Assembly: GCA_963663165.1 (NCBI GenBank)
Contig: OY760175.1
Coordinates: 2,176,001 to 2,240,000, forward strand
Reading direction: 5' to 3'
DNA length: 64,000 nucleotides
DNA from: an uncultured Desulfospira sp.
GTDB lineage: Bacteria; Desulfobacterota; Desulfobacteria; Desulfobacterales; Desulfobacteraceae
Below, piece after piece: positions 42,804-52,548 of this stretch. Within the stretch, counting starts at the first letter, position 1, and every line of letters begins with the position of its first letter. The notes under the pieces are model-generated. The model saw only the letters and a list, made by a program, of their open reading frames with translations. It searched no databases and had not been told where the DNA came from. The position numbers and the translations under genes are program-made.

Positions 42804-42847
42804 GGGCAGTTCTTGGTTGGATAACCAAGCCGTCCGTGACGGTTATT
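42804..42847 (+). repeat. Dispersed double-hairpin repeat, copy A
   Basis: GGGCAGTT CTTGGTT-GGAT-AACCAAG CCGTC-CGT-GACGG TTATT; related copies at 44987 and 63972. Confidence 0.65.
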
Positions 42848-42903
42848 CGAAAAGTTCACATAGCAGGTCTGCAATTTCGACGTTCCAAATTCTCGGGGTT
42901 ACC

Positions 42904-42938
42904 CCTCCGGTCTCCCGTTTCCCGTTTCCGGTCTCCGT
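42904..42938 (+). repeat. Heptamer array (TTTCCCG/TCTCCGG x5)
   Basis: CCTCCGG TCTCCCG TTTCCCG TTTCCGG TCTCCGT; shorter copy at 44304-44331. Confidence 0.6.
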
Positions 42939-43013
42939 TCAGGTTTATTGGAGATTTAACTTATTTTTACATGTGATTGCCCTGAATCACAACTGTGATA
43001 CAATAGGCCCATT

Positions 43014-43433
43014 ATGCTCATTATTTCAGAAAATTTATGTATCCCGGACAATGAGATCCAATGGGAAGCGGTCCGGGCAGCGGGGCCTGGCGGACAGAAT
43101 GTGAACAAGGTGGCCACAGCTGTTCACCTAAGGTTTGATATAAGAAATGCTACCCTGCCCCAGGACGTTAAAGAGAAGCTGCTGAACCTCAAAGATAAAC
43201 GGATCACCAAAGACGGGGTAATTGTGATCAAGGCCCGGCAATACCGGCTCCAGGAAAGAAACAAGGAGGCGGCTTTCGAGCGGTTACAAAGCTTAATCCT
43301 GAAGGCTTTGGCTACCCAAAAGAAACGAAAACCAACAAGGCCGTCCCAGGCGGCAAAGACCAAACGCCTGAACGCCAAAACCAAACACGGGCGGCTCAAA
43401 CAGTTGAGGGGGAAGGTGGACCCTGCCGGGTAA
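43014..43433 (+). CDS. arfB: Alternative ribosome rescue factor B
   Basis: GPGGQNVNKV, R.Q.RNK..A, basic tail RKPTRPS..AK.KRL..K. Confidence 0.95.
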   Translation: MLIISENLCIPDNEIQWEAVRAAGPGGQNVNKVATAVHLRFDIRNATLPQDVKEKLLNLKDKRITKDGVIVIKARQYRLQERNKEAAFERLQSLILKALATQKKRKPTRPSQAAKTKRLNAKTKHGRLKQLRGKVDPAG

Positions 43434-43447
43434 GGCCCCCTGCCTTT

Positions 43448-44269
43448 TTACAGGGGAGCCGTCAGCCTGATTTTATGGTCAGGCCCAAGCCCCAGCACCC
43501 TGGCCGCACTCTGATTTTTTACGGCAATCTCCATATATCCGGACGACGATTCCAGAACAAAGGGCGTATGGTCCGGTGCTGCGGAATAGGTTGGAAAAAC
43601 TTGATCAATCTTTGCGTTGCCCTTACCAGGGCGATCGTACTCAAGACGGAATCCCTTTTCAGCAACCTTGTTGAACTCATCCTGTCTTATATTTAAAATC
43701 AGGTTACCAAAACGGTCTTTATGGATAATGGCCAGCTCAAGGCCGCTGCCGTCTTCTGCCGGGACGGCAGGCACGAGTTCTAACGGCACCATGGATTTAA
43801 TTTTTACCCCTAATTTTTCAGCTGGGACCCCCAAAGAAAAATGAGCCGTCACCGGGGCAAAGATATCCCGGCCGTGAAAGGTATTGGAAACCGTGCTTAA
43901 GAAATAGCCGGGTTGATTGAGATGGAATATATCCCGGATGCCGTTATCCCGGGATGCCTGGAACAGCACCCCGTTATCCGGGCCAATAAAGGTGTAGTCG
44001 ATTGTCCTCACAAGGATGGGGGCCCGCTCGCTGCCTACACCGGGATCAACCACCACACAGAACACAGCCCCTTTGGGGAAATAGGGGGCAGCTGAGCTTA
44101 ACAAAAAAGACCCCTGGCGGATGTCCCGGGGTCCGACACTGTGGGACAGGTCCATAATGCAGGCCCCGGGGTTTATGGACAGGATCACCCCTTTGAGAAT
44201 GCCGGCATAAACATCTTCAACCCCGAAATCGGTCAGTAAAACAATCGGAACGGCATTTAAATTCGTCAT
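43448..44269 (-). CDS. SAM hydroxide adenosyltransferase / halogenase family (DUF62)
   Basis: LLTDFG..D.Y, VVDPGVGSER, GPDNG, TFHGRDIFAP, DRFGNL. Confidence 0.92.
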   Translation of the reverse strand: MTNLNAVPIVLLTDFGVEDVYAGILKGVILSINPGACIMDLSHSVGPRDIRQGSFLLSSAAPYFPKGAVFCVVVDPGVGSERAPILVRTIDYTFIGPDNGVLFQASRDNGIRDIFHLNQPGYFLSTVSNTFHGRDIFAPVTAHFSLGVPAEKLGVKIKSMVPLELVPAVPAEDGSGLELAIIHKDRFGNLILNIRQDEFNKVAEKGFRLEYDRPGKGNAKIDQVFPTYSAAPDHTPFVLESSSGYMEIAVKNQSAARVLGLGPDHKIRLTAPL

Positions 44270-44417
44270 ATCTTTTCAACATAATTTTGACAGCGATTTA
44301 TCCGGTCCGGTTTCCCGTTTCCGGCCTCCAAAATTTTACCCCTCTGTTTGAAAATTTCTGGTATTATACAATCAACCGGCCTTGGGGGCCACTTAAAAAA
44401 ATCACTTAAGGATAATC

Positions 44418-44900
44418 ATGGGCATTGAAATCGAACATAAATTTCTGGTTCAGCACATCCCTTCAGACATCACCAGAAAATGCGCCCTGCGCCAGGGCTA
44501 TATCCTGAACCAGCCGGACCGGGTGATCCGGGTAAGAACGGTTACAGCAGATTTTTCCGATGCTTCGGGCAAAGGGTTTTTGACCCTTAAAGGCAAGAAT
44601 AAAGGCGCCCTCAGGCCGGAATATGAATATGAGATTCCTTTCGCGGAGGCCAGGGAGATGCTGGATCTGTTCTGCCCGCCGCCCTTGATCGAAAAAACAC
44701 GAATTTGGACAGAATTTGAAGGGTTTGAGTGGGTGATTGACCAGTTTTTTGGAGAAAACCAGGGGCTTGTTGTGGCCGAGATTGAACTTGAATCCGAAGA
44801 TCAGGATTTCCCCATCCCCCCCTGGACAGGCCATGATGTGACCGGCGACCCCCGCTACTATAATTCGAGCCTGATCAAGGCCCCTTATGCCACTTGGTAA
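44418..44900 (+). CDS. CYTH-domain protein
   Basis: EIEHKF (ExExK), QGY, EYEYEIP, IEKTR, VAEIEL, DPRYYN. Confidence 0.92.
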   Translation: MGIEIEHKFLVQHIPSDITRKCALRQGYILNQPDRVIRVRTVTADFSDASGKGFLTLKGKNKGALRPEYEYEIPFAEAREMLDLFCPPPLIEKTRIWTEFEGFEWVIDQFFGENQGLVVAEIELESEDQDFPIPPWTGHDVTGDPRYYNSSLIKAPYATW

Positions 44901-44986
44901 AACAAGGCCTGCATTTTATGGCGTGTAAACAATAAAGGGAATCTCCGATTAATTGAATTTTGAATCATTATTACAGGTGATCCTAG

Positions 44987-45031
44987 GGGCAGTTCCTGGT
45001 TGGATAATCAAGACGGCCCGTGGCCGTTATT
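44987..45031 (+). repeat. Dispersed double-hairpin repeat, copy B
   Basis: GGGCAGTT CCTGGTT-GGAT-AATCAAG ACGGCC-CGT-GGCCGT TATT. Confidence 0.65.
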
Positions 45032-45593
45032 TATTGACAAAATCACGGAAGCTCATGGTTTCATAGCTTTTTGTCTGGATATATTCCAGAATGGTTCTCA
45101 GCTGGTCTGCTTCCACATATCCGGGCAGATTTGAAATTTTAGACCCATCGGGTTTTAAGAACCACATGGTCGGAAGTCCTGTAACCTGATACTGCCGGGC
45201 GATATTCTGATTTTTGTCCGCATCAACCGCAATAGAGACAAAATGGTCATTCAGATAGGATTGGACTTTTTTATCGGAAAAGGTGCGGGCTTTAAGCTGG
45301 GTACAATAGGTGCACCATTGGGCATGAAAGTAAAGAAATATGTTTTTGTTTGTTTGTTTTGCAGTTAAAAGCCCTGACTCATAAGTCTGCCATGAAATCC
45401 CGTTTTTTGTAGCCTGGGGCTTTTCCGCCGGCATGGCAGGTGCCTCCACAAGCGGTTCTACCGGCTTTTCCACAGATGGTTTGGCAGACTGTTGGGCTGG
45501 CTGTTCAGGGGCCTTCTTATAATGATGAATCACCACGGCACCAACAGCGAGGACAATCAAGGCCACCACCAGAACATTCTCTTTTTTCATCAT
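45027..45593 (-). CDS. Membrane-anchored thioredoxin-fold protein (SoxW-like)
   Basis: N-terminal TM; WCTYC; GLPT; LPGY. Confidence 0.85.
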   Translation of the reverse strand: MMKKENVLVVALIVLAVGAVVIHHYKKAPEQPAQQSAKPSVEKPVEPLVEAPAMPAEKPQATKNGISWQTYESGLLTAKQTNKNIFLYFHAQWCTYCTQLKARTFSDKKVQSYLNDHFVSIAVDADKNQNIARQYQVTGLPTMWFLKPDGSKISNLPGYVEADQLRTILEYIQTKSYETMSFRDFVNK

Positions 45594-45674
45594 CTATCCT
45601 TTAATATCAGCCAAATTTTTATATATACCCTGATTATTCTGATTTAACAATATGCTGCCGGGTATTTGAAAAAA

Positions 45675-46517
45675 TCAGCCGAAGCGGCCGGTGATATAAT
45701 CCTCCGTCAGCTGATGAAGGGGATTTAAAAAGATCTGATCCGTGGGCCCGATTTCAATGAGATCGCCCAGATGAAAAAAGGCGGTCCGCTGGGAAACCCG
45801 GGATGCCTGCTGCATGGAGTGGGTCACAATGGCAATGGAGTATTCCTGCTTTATCTCATCAATCAGGTCCTCGATAATGGCGGTGGCAATGGGGTCCAGG
45901 GCGGAGCAGGGTTCATCCATTAAAATAATTTCCGGGTTCACCGCAATGGTCCTGGCAATGCACAGCCGCTGCTGCTGGCCGCCGGACAGGCCGGTCCCGG
46001 GCTGATCCAGGATGTCTTTGACCTCATTCCACAAACCGGCCCGTTTTAAGGAATTTTCAACCAGCTCATCCATTTCGTCACGGTTCTGCACTAAGCCGTG
46101 GATCTTCGGCCCATAGGCAATATTATCATAAATGGATTTAGGGAAAGGGTTGGGTTTCTGGAAAACCATCCCCACCTGGGCCCTTAAGGGAACCACATCC
46201 ACATCCTTATCATAAATATTTTTACCGTCTATGGTAATGGTTCCTTCAACCGTACACCCTTCAATGGTATCGTTCATCCGGTTCAGGCAGCGCAGAAATG
46301 TGGATTTTCCACACCCGGACGGCCCGATCATGGCAATCACCTCATGGTTTCCGATATCCAGGCTCACACCGTTGATGGCCTTTTTCAATCCATAATTATA
46401 ATAGACATCAACATCCTCGCAGCGCATTCTCGGATTTTCGACGGTTTTTTCACCAACCGTTGCCCGCTCTTCCCGGGCAACCAGGGTTCTTTTTCTCTTT
46501 GGTGATGGGGTTTCCAA
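45675..46517 (-). CDS. pstB: Phosphate ABC transporter ATPase
   Basis: [46 protein letters not shown]. Confidence 0.97.
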   Translation of the reverse strand: METPSPKRKRTLVAREERATVGEKTVENPRMRCEDVDVYYNYGLKKAINGVSLDIGNHEVIAMIGPSGCGKSTFLRCLNRMNDTIEGCTVEGTITIDGKNIYDKDVDVVPLRAQVGMVFQKPNPFPKSIYDNIAYGPKIHGLVQNRDEMDELVENSLKRAGLWNEVKDILDQPGTGLSGGQQQRLCIARTIAVNPEIILMDEPCSALDPIATAIIEDLIDEIKQEYSIAIVTHSMQQASRVSQRTAFFHLGDLIEIGPTDQIFLNPLHQLTEDYITGRFG

Positions 46518-46605
46518 GGCCTAAATTTTCCTTAATGTTTACACAACGCTAATTATGACACCCTTCACGGCGTCCAAATGCCTCCAAAGCCTACCAGAAA
46601 AAAGA

Positions 46606-46633
46606 GCGGGCAGTCAATCCATTGCCTGCCCGC
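46606..46633 (-). terminator. GC-rich hairpin between pstS and pstB
   Basis: GCGGGCAG..CTGCCCGC stem with A-tract on the + strand to its left (U-rich tail on -). Confidence 0.55.
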
Positions 46634-46654
46634 CGCCTTCACCGGGATCGGATA

Positions 46655-47701
46655 TTACAGGTCTGTGAGCCTGAGCGGGGTCAGATTTTTGGCCGCATCG
46701 GCATACTGGTTTCTTTCGGCTGCCGGCATAGGGATCAGGCCCCTGTCGGCCAGATACCCTTCCTCGCCCCAGGCCTTTTCACTGGTGAACTCAGCCAGGT
46801 ATTCCCTGATCCCGGGGATGGTCTCCACATGGGCCTTTTTCACATAAAAAAACAGGGGGCGGGAAACCGGGTAGGACCCATCGGCAATGGCATCAAAGGT
46901 GGGTTTTACACCGTCCACGTAGGAGCCCTGGATTTTATCGGTATTTTGATCCAGAAAAGAGAATCCGAAAATACCAAAGGCTTCGGGGTTGGCATCAAGC
47001 TTTTGCACGATCAGGTTATCATTTTCGCCGGCTTCGATATAGGCACCATCTTCGCGAATGGTGTGGCAGATGATCTTATAGCCCCGCTTGTCTCTCTTTT
47101 TAAGGTCGCTGATCCACTTGATTTTATTGGCACCGCCCTCCATGGCCAGTTCACAGAACGCATCTCTTGTTCCGGATGTGGGCGGGGGGCCAAGAACTTC
47201 GATTTTAATGGCCGGAAGGGAGGGGTTGACGTCTTTCCAGGTCTTGTATGGATTGGGCTGGGTTTTATCGCCTGCAGGGATATTTTTGGCCAGGGCCAGA
47301 AAAATATCTTTTCGGCTAAGCCTTAATGGCTCAGCTTTCTTGGAATTGGCAATCACAATGCCGTCATAACCGATTTTAACCTCAACAATCTCCCTGACAC
47401 CGTTGGCCATGGCACTTTCAAGTTCGGACTTTTTAATCCGCCGGGAAGAGTTGGTGATATCAGGAAATTCTACACCCACACCGGCACCAAAAAGCTTGTG
47501 TCCGCCGCCGGACCCGGTGGATTCAATCTTGGGGGTTTTAAAAGAAGTGGTTTTCCCAAACTGTTCGGCCACCACCGTTGCAAACGGATAAACCGTGGAT
47601 GATCCGACAATGGAGATATAATCTCTTGAAGAACCGGCCCAAACTGTGCTGAAGCCAACCGTAAGAATCAGCGCCAAACCTGCAACAAACGTTTTTTTCA
47701 T
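46655..47701 (-). CDS. pstS: Phosphate ABC transporter substrate-binding protein
   Basis: IVGSSTVYP, ESTGSGGG, NSSR, GYDG, PPPTSGTRD, YPVSRPLF. Confidence 0.95.
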   Translation of the reverse strand: MKKTFVAGLALILTVGFSTVWAGSSRDYISIVGSSTVYPFATVVAEQFGKTTSFKTPKIESTGSGGGHKLFGAGVGVEFPDITNSSRRIKKSELESAMANGVREIVEVKIGYDGIVIANSKKAEPLRLSRKDIFLALAKNIPAGDKTQPNPYKTWKDVNPSLPAIKIEVLGPPPTSGTRDAFCELAMEGGANKIKWISDLKKRDKRGYKIICHTIREDGAYIEAGENDNLIVQKLDANPEAFGIFGFSFLDQNTDKIQGSYVDGVKPTFDAIADGSYPVSRPLFFYVKKAHVETIPGIREYLAEFTSEKAWGEEGYLADRGLIPMPAAERNQYADAAKNLTPLRLTDL

Positions 47702-47746
47702 AATGTTTCTCCTAAGGGGTTAAATAAACTATGTAAAAGTGTTCAA

Positions 47747-49081
47747 TTACCATCTTTTTTCAAATTTCTTCCGCAGGAACACCGCCGCAGCATTCATGGT
47801 GACCAGAAACAAGAGCAGGACCATAATGGCGGCCGATGTCCTCTCTAAAAAGCCTCTTTCAGGGCTGTCGGCCCACAGAAAGATCTGGACCGGCAGGACC
47901 GTTGACGGGTCTGTAAACCCGCCGGGAATATCCACAATAAAGGCCACCATCCCGATCATGAGAAGGGGCGCGGTCTCCCCAAGGGCCTGGGCCATACCGA
48001 TAATGGTTCCGGTCAGCATGCCGGGCATGGCCAGCGGCAGTACATGATGAGCCACCATCTGGGTTTTGGATGCCCCCACGCCAAGGGCCGCTTCCCTGAT
48101 GGACGGGGGAACCGATTTTAAGGACGCCCGGCTGGCAATGATAATGGTGGGCAATGTCATCAACGTCAGAACCAGGCCGCCCACCAGGGGAGCAGACCGG
48201 GGCAGTCCGCAAAAATTTAAAAACACGGCCAGCCCCAGAAGTCCGAACACAATAGAAGGGACTGCAGCCAGGTTGTTGATGTTTACCTCAATAATATCAG
48301 TCCACCGGTTGGTGGGGGCAAACTCTTCCAAATAAACGGCTGAGGCGACCCCAATGGGAAACGACAGGGCCAGGGTGACCAGCAGGGTGTAAAAAGAGCC
48401 GCACACAGCCCCCCATATGCCGGCAAGTTCAGGGTCCCGGGAGTCCCCGGCTGTAAAAAAAGTCTTGTTAAACCGTTTTTCTATCCGGCCGTCCTTTTCC
48501 AGGCAGTCGATCCACTGGATCTGCTGATCTTTCAGCCTTCTCTGGGATTCATCCACCTGCCGGTCCACATGGCCTTTCATAAGCATGTCCACATCATCAT
48601 CGGCCGGCACCCATATCTGAATGGTTTCACCGATCTTGTGCCTGTTTTTTCCGACAAAGTCCTGCAGGTCATAGGCGGCACCCGTACTGACCAGCCCATA
48701 AAGCATTCGTTTGTCCTGCCGGTTGGTGACCTCGGGAAACAGGGTGCGCAAGGACTGTTTGACCATGCCGCCGTAATCGGCAGCGGCCAGGTCTTCTTTA
48801 TCAATGGCCGCAGCATCCAAATGGATATCCAGCCGGATAAAGGTCTGCTTAAACGCGGTATACCCATTAAAAAATATGGAAAAAAACAAAACTGACAAAA
48901 TCCCGAGGGACAAAATAATGGCAAAAAGCCCACACAGCCGGAACCATTTTTCCGCCCGGTACCGCTTGGCAAGCCCCCGGTTGACAATATCCATTGTCTT
49001 TATTTCGGGTTTGGCGTGATCGGCATCTGAACTATTCATACTGCTCCCTGTATTTTCGGACAACGGCCAGTGCAATGACAT
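47747..49081 (-). CDS. pstA: Phosphate ABC transporter permease PstA
   Basis: YLEEFAP, NINNLAAVPSIVFGLLG, REAALGVG, GETAPL; true start may be ATG 49039. Confidence 0.94.
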   Translation of the reverse strand: MSLHWPLSENTGSSMNSSDADHAKPEIKTMDIVNRGLAKRYRAEKWFRLCGLFAIILSLGILSVLFFSIFFNGYTAFKQTFIRLDIHLDAAAIDKEDLAAADYGGMVKQSLRTLFPEVTNRQDKRMLYGLVSTGAAYDLQDFVGKNRHKIGETIQIWVPADDDVDMLMKGHVDRQVDESQRRLKDQQIQWIDCLEKDGRIEKRFNKTFFTAGDSRDPELAGIWGAVCGSFYTLLVTLALSFPIGVASAVYLEEFAPTNRWTDIIEVNINNLAAVPSIVFGLLGLAVFLNFCGLPRSAPLVGGLVLTLMTLPTIIIASRASLKSVPPSIREAALGVGASKTQMVAHHVLPLAMPGMLTGTIIGMAQALGETAPLLMIGMVAFIVDIPGGFTDPSTVLPVQIFLWADSPERGFLERTSAAIMVLLLFLVTMNAAAVFLRKKFEKRW

Positions 49082-50420
49082 TCAAAATCAATGTCACCAA
49101 AAAAAGCATCAACCCCAGGGCAAAGGCAGCCAGGGTTTTGGGGCTGTCAAATTCCTGGTCTCCCACCAGAAGCGTAACAATCTGAACCGTTACCGTAGTA
49201 ACTGTTTTTAACGGATTCATGGTCAGATTGGCCGAAAGTCCGGCCGCCATCACCACAATCATGGTTTCACCAATGGCCCGGGACACAGCCAGCAGGACCC
49301 CGCCCACAATCCCGGGCAATGCCGCTGGCAGGACAACGTGCCGGATGGTTTCGGACTTGGTGGAGCCCAGCCCGTATGCCCCGTCCCGCAATGCCTGGGG
49401 AACGGCGTTAATCACATCGTCAGACAGGGAAGACACAAAGGGAATGATCATCACCCCCATCACGAGGCCTGCGGCCAAAGCACTCTCAGATGAAATGTCA
49501 AGGCCGATGCCGGCACCGGCGTTCCGGATCATCGGGGCCACGACCAGGGCGGCAAAAAAACCGTACACCACCGTAGGGATTCCGGCCAGGATTTCCAGCA
49601 ATGGCTTGGCCACGGCCCTGAAACGGCGGTCCGCATATTCAGACAGATAAATCGCCGACATGAGCCCTACCGGGACGGCCACGGCCATGGCGATCCCTGA
49701 GATCAACAGGGTTCCGGCAAATACCGGGATAGCCCCGAAGGCACCGGATGATCCCACCTGATCCTCCCGGATGGCCATCTGCGGGCTCCACTCAAGGCCC
49801 AGCAAAAATTTATGAATGGGAATAACATGGAAAAACCGGATGGCTTCATACAAGACCGATAAAACAATGCCGATGGTGGTGAGAATGGCAATACAGGAGC
49901 AGGCAACCAGAAAATATTTAATGACGGTTTCCACATGGTTCCTGGCCCTGAATTCAGGGCGGATCATCCGTTGTACCCAGAAAATTCCGGCCATACCAAT
50001 GACCACCGCAATCACGGCAAGGCAAAGGTGGCTCACCCCCTGAAGGGAACCGTAATGTTCCGCTGCCTTGGCAATGTCAGGGCTGACGGCACCGGAAACG
50101 ATATTGCCGTAAACCAGATTCCGGATATCATTGACCAGCAGATTAAGCCGGTCAGCCGGCAGGTTCCTCAACTCGCCGGGCAGCCCGGCCACGGCCATAT
50201 CCGTGATGATATGGGATTCAAAGACCAGCCAGAACCCATACACCGCCAATGCAGGGATAGCACACCACAAGGCGGTAAGAGAGCCGTAATAAACCGGCCT
50301 GGAATGAAGCGCTTTAGGACCGCCATGTGCCCGGGAAACAGTGAAGGCCCTTTTGCGGCCAAGATAATACCCGGCAGCTGTAAGGGCCAGCAGCACAAGC
50401 AACAAATTATATGGTGACAT
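49032..50420 (-). CDS. pstC: Phosphate ABC transporter permease PstC
   Basis: LEILAGIPTVVYGFF, AVSRAIGETMIV, GDQEFDS. Confidence 0.95.
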   Translation of the reverse strand: MSPYNLLLVLLALTAAGYYLGRKRAFTVSRAHGGPKALHSRPVYYGSLTALWCAIPALAVYGFWLVFESHIITDMAVAGLPGELRNLPADRLNLLVNDIRNLVYGNIVSGAVSPDIAKAAEHYGSLQGVSHLCLAVIAVVIGMAGIFWVQRMIRPEFRARNHVETVIKYFLVACSCIAILTTIGIVLSVLYEAIRFFHVIPIHKFLLGLEWSPQMAIREDQVGSSGAFGAIPVFAGTLLISGIAMAVAVPVGLMSAIYLSEYADRRFRAVAKPLLEILAGIPTVVYGFFAALVVAPMIRNAGAGIGLDISSESALAAGLVMGVMIIPFVSSLSDDVINAVPQALRDGAYGLGSTKSETIRHVVLPAALPGIVGGVLLAVSRAIGETMIVVMAAGLSANLTMNPLKTVTTVTVQIVTLLVGDQEFDSPKTLAAFALGLMLFLVTLILNVIALAVVRKYREQYE

Positions 50421-50478
50421 TCAAAACCTCAGTAAAGGTACCTATATTTTTTCGCCAGGGAAAATCTATCGGTTTTTT

Positions 50479-50517
50479 GTTAGAAAATGCTTAAGAAACT
50501 GTTAGGAAAAGATTAGG
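50479..50517 (-). promoter_or_regulatory. Putative Pho-box array upstream of pstC
   Basis: Four hexamers at exact 11-bp spacing (50479, 50490, 50501, 50512); on - strand CCTAAT, CCTAAC, CTTAAG, TCTAAC. Confidence 0.55.
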
Positions 50518-50739
50518 AAGCGGTATGGAATAACAACCGCTTCGTTTAAATCAACGCTGCTGAATGGAAGGAAAACCATTGCTGCTGGGATTTTTGGAGA
50601 AAATTTTTGCCTGAATCGGCCCATCCTAATATTTGCAAGTGGGCCCCTGGCACCCCAGCAAGACCGCTCTTTGAGGGCAACCCGGCGGCTTGCCCTCCTG
50701 GGGGTAAATACAAAAACAGGCGGCCTGTCCCGCAGCCGT

Positions 50740-51279
50740 CTATGACAGGCTTTGTTCTATGACCTTCCCGGAAAAAGGCGGGGACAATTTCCCAGATCCT
50801 TTGGAAATTAAATCCGGGTTGGGTTTATGGCTGGACCCGCTGTAAGCAACCGTCTTTTTATCACTTGATATAATCTGATAGTTGGGGCGGATTCCCTTGC
50901 CGCTGGTCCCGAAGCAAACCTGGGCATCCGGGTCATTCCCTATATTGGCCATCACTTTTTCTAAAAATTTTTTTGACAGGCCGGCTATCCGTTCTTCGTC
51001 CCATTCAATCCGAACCGTCTTTCCCTGGCCGGAAGCTGTTTTTTTAGGTTTCAACTTCTTAATGCGGCTGGAAAGCAGTTTTATTTTTACCCCTAAATTC
51101 TTGACCGATCTTTCCTGAATTTCCCCTTCCGCCTGGGGGGATAAGGTGTCCAGGCACTCTGAAGCTTCCTGGTAACAAGCCTTTGACTCTTCTAAATCTC
51201 TCTGGTCTATCAGCAGGTCTATATTTTCACACAATCGGTTAATGGTCTCCCGTGACTTCCGGAATTTATCGGGTTCCAT
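50740..51279 (-). CDS. Hypothetical protein (179 aa)
   Basis: AAGGAGG RBS; helical N-half, basic linker; no family recognised. Confidence 0.75.
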   Translation of the reverse strand: MEPDKFRKSRETINRLCENIDLLIDQRDLEESKACYQEASECLDTLSPQAEGEIQERSVKNLGVKIKLLSSRIKKLKPKKTASGQGKTVRIEWDEERIAGLSKKFLEKVMANIGNDPDAQVCFGTSGKGIRPNYQIISSDKKTVAYSGSSHKPNPDLISKGSGKLSPPFSGKVIEQSLS

Positions 51280-51310
51280 CTGATCCTCCTTGCTTTAAAT
51301 TTCATTTTGA

Positions 51311-51455
51311 TCTCAAACCGTTGGCCCGAATTCAAACGGACCTGTCATCAAACAGGGAAAATTGAGGGTGGCGTATACTGCCCCGCCAGTGGTTTGAGAC
51401 GATATCCCCCGGTTTTCAGGCGGTTAAAGAGCTGGTAAGTGATGCCTTTAACTGC
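51311..51455 (+). ncRNA. Candidate structured ncRNA (four-way junction plus 3' hairpin), family unknown
   Basis: 15-bp closing stem 51311-25/51385-99, three inner hairpins, second stem 51420-55; G-U pairs are valid only on the + strand. Confidence 0.45.
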
Positions 51456-51740
51456 GCACATATCTAAATGTTGTACAACGGCCGGATTAAATATTCAAGG
51501 GCCGTAAATAGAAAGACGACTTTTTAAAGATCGGGAAAGATGCCTTAAACCCATTGGAAAATTTCATGACACCTGTCATAAAAATTTGCAGCATTAGGTA
51601 AAAAAACTCCAATTTTTGTGAACTTTTTGTAACAATTACACACATAAACGGCCCTGCCCCAACCCTTAAAAAAATCTTGTAAAATTTACAACCATTTGAT
51701 TTTACAATAATTTATATATAGTTTCCTGAGGAACGCCTTC

Positions 51741-51757
51741 CCGGCATTAAATTTGCA
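51741..51757 (+). promoter_or_regulatory. Putative sigma-54 (-24/-12) promoter
   Basis: CCGGCATTAAATTTGCA = GG-N10-GC; palindrome TTGTAAAATTTACAA about 60 bp upstream in an AT-rich tract. Confidence 0.6.
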
Positions 51758-51880
51758 TTATATATTTATTGGTATTTATTGGGTTTAATACAATTTAATG
51801 AACCAGTCGGCCGGTTTCAAGCCGTTTAGAAAAAATGCCCCCCCCCCGGTTTCCGGCCGTCGTGAACACAGGATGGCAGA

Positions 51881-52060
51881 ATGAAAGAAAATAACATTGG
51901 GTTAAGACAACTTATCGCTTTTTACAGACTAAAATTCGAAATTCCTGAAAACATAAACTACTATTCATATAAAGATTATAAACGGGCAGAACGAAAGTAC
52001 CTTAAATTCATGCTCAGCGGCAATAGAACGCCGCCGATGCTGTTATCCCGGCAGGCTTAG
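51881..52060 (+). CDS. Small hypothetical protein (59 aa)
   Basis: Below ORF-track cutoff: MKENNIGLRQLIAFYRLKFEIPENINYYSYKDYKRAERKYLKFMLSGNRTPPMLLSRQA; AGGA upstream; follows the sigma-54 motif. Confidence 0.6.
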   Translation: MKENNIGLRQLIAFYRLKFEIPENINYYSYKDYKRAERKYLKFMLSGNRTPPMLLSRQA

Positions 52061-52548
52061 GCCCTAACCCTGACTTTCATGGCATTCAGGCTGATTCAGA
52101 CAGCCAATTTTTTTTATTTTTTTTCAATAGGTTAAAACAATTTTAACATAATCCAGCCATAAGATTTTTCCGCCCCATTGACTTGTTTGGAAATAATGTG
52201 ATATTTATTAGAAATTCAGATCAGACAAGGGTATCGCAATCCCATTACGAATTAATGTAATATTATCCCTGGCTCATAAGTGGGATTAATGGTTAAGGTA
52301 TTTCCACCCCAGACAATTTGAGCTGTTTGTTACGCTTATTCGTACTGTTGCAGGCTTTCCAGTAATATAAACAGACAAAAAGAGCCCCCGGTAGCCAGTT
52401 CCTTAGCTTGACTTGAATACAACAAAAAGATTAACATGGGACAGCGCAATAAATCTGATTCAGTTTATTACGCTTCTTAAATCTGCCGGCCCAGTGTTCA
52501 GCAACAGGCCGGACCATAATTGCTAAACCCCTGACAGGAGGCGGTGTT

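Noticed and set aside
42203..43000. Genomic island or prophage at tRNA-Ser
   Set aside because: No integrase and no duplicated tRNA 3' end seen; flanking genes are housekeeping.
42178..43104. ORFs 42178-42360, 42429-42641, 42653-42874 and 42760-43104
   Set aside because: They run antisense to the tRNA or through terminators and repeats and have no recognisable motifs.
50641..50704. GC-rich nested hairpin between the 179-aa gene and the pstC promoter
   Set aside because: Single copy with no family motif; most simply a terminator-like structure.
51335..51356. Hammerhead ribozyme suggested by TGATGA on the - strand
   Set aside because: The core reads TTGATGA rather than CTGATGA and there is no GAAA after stem II.
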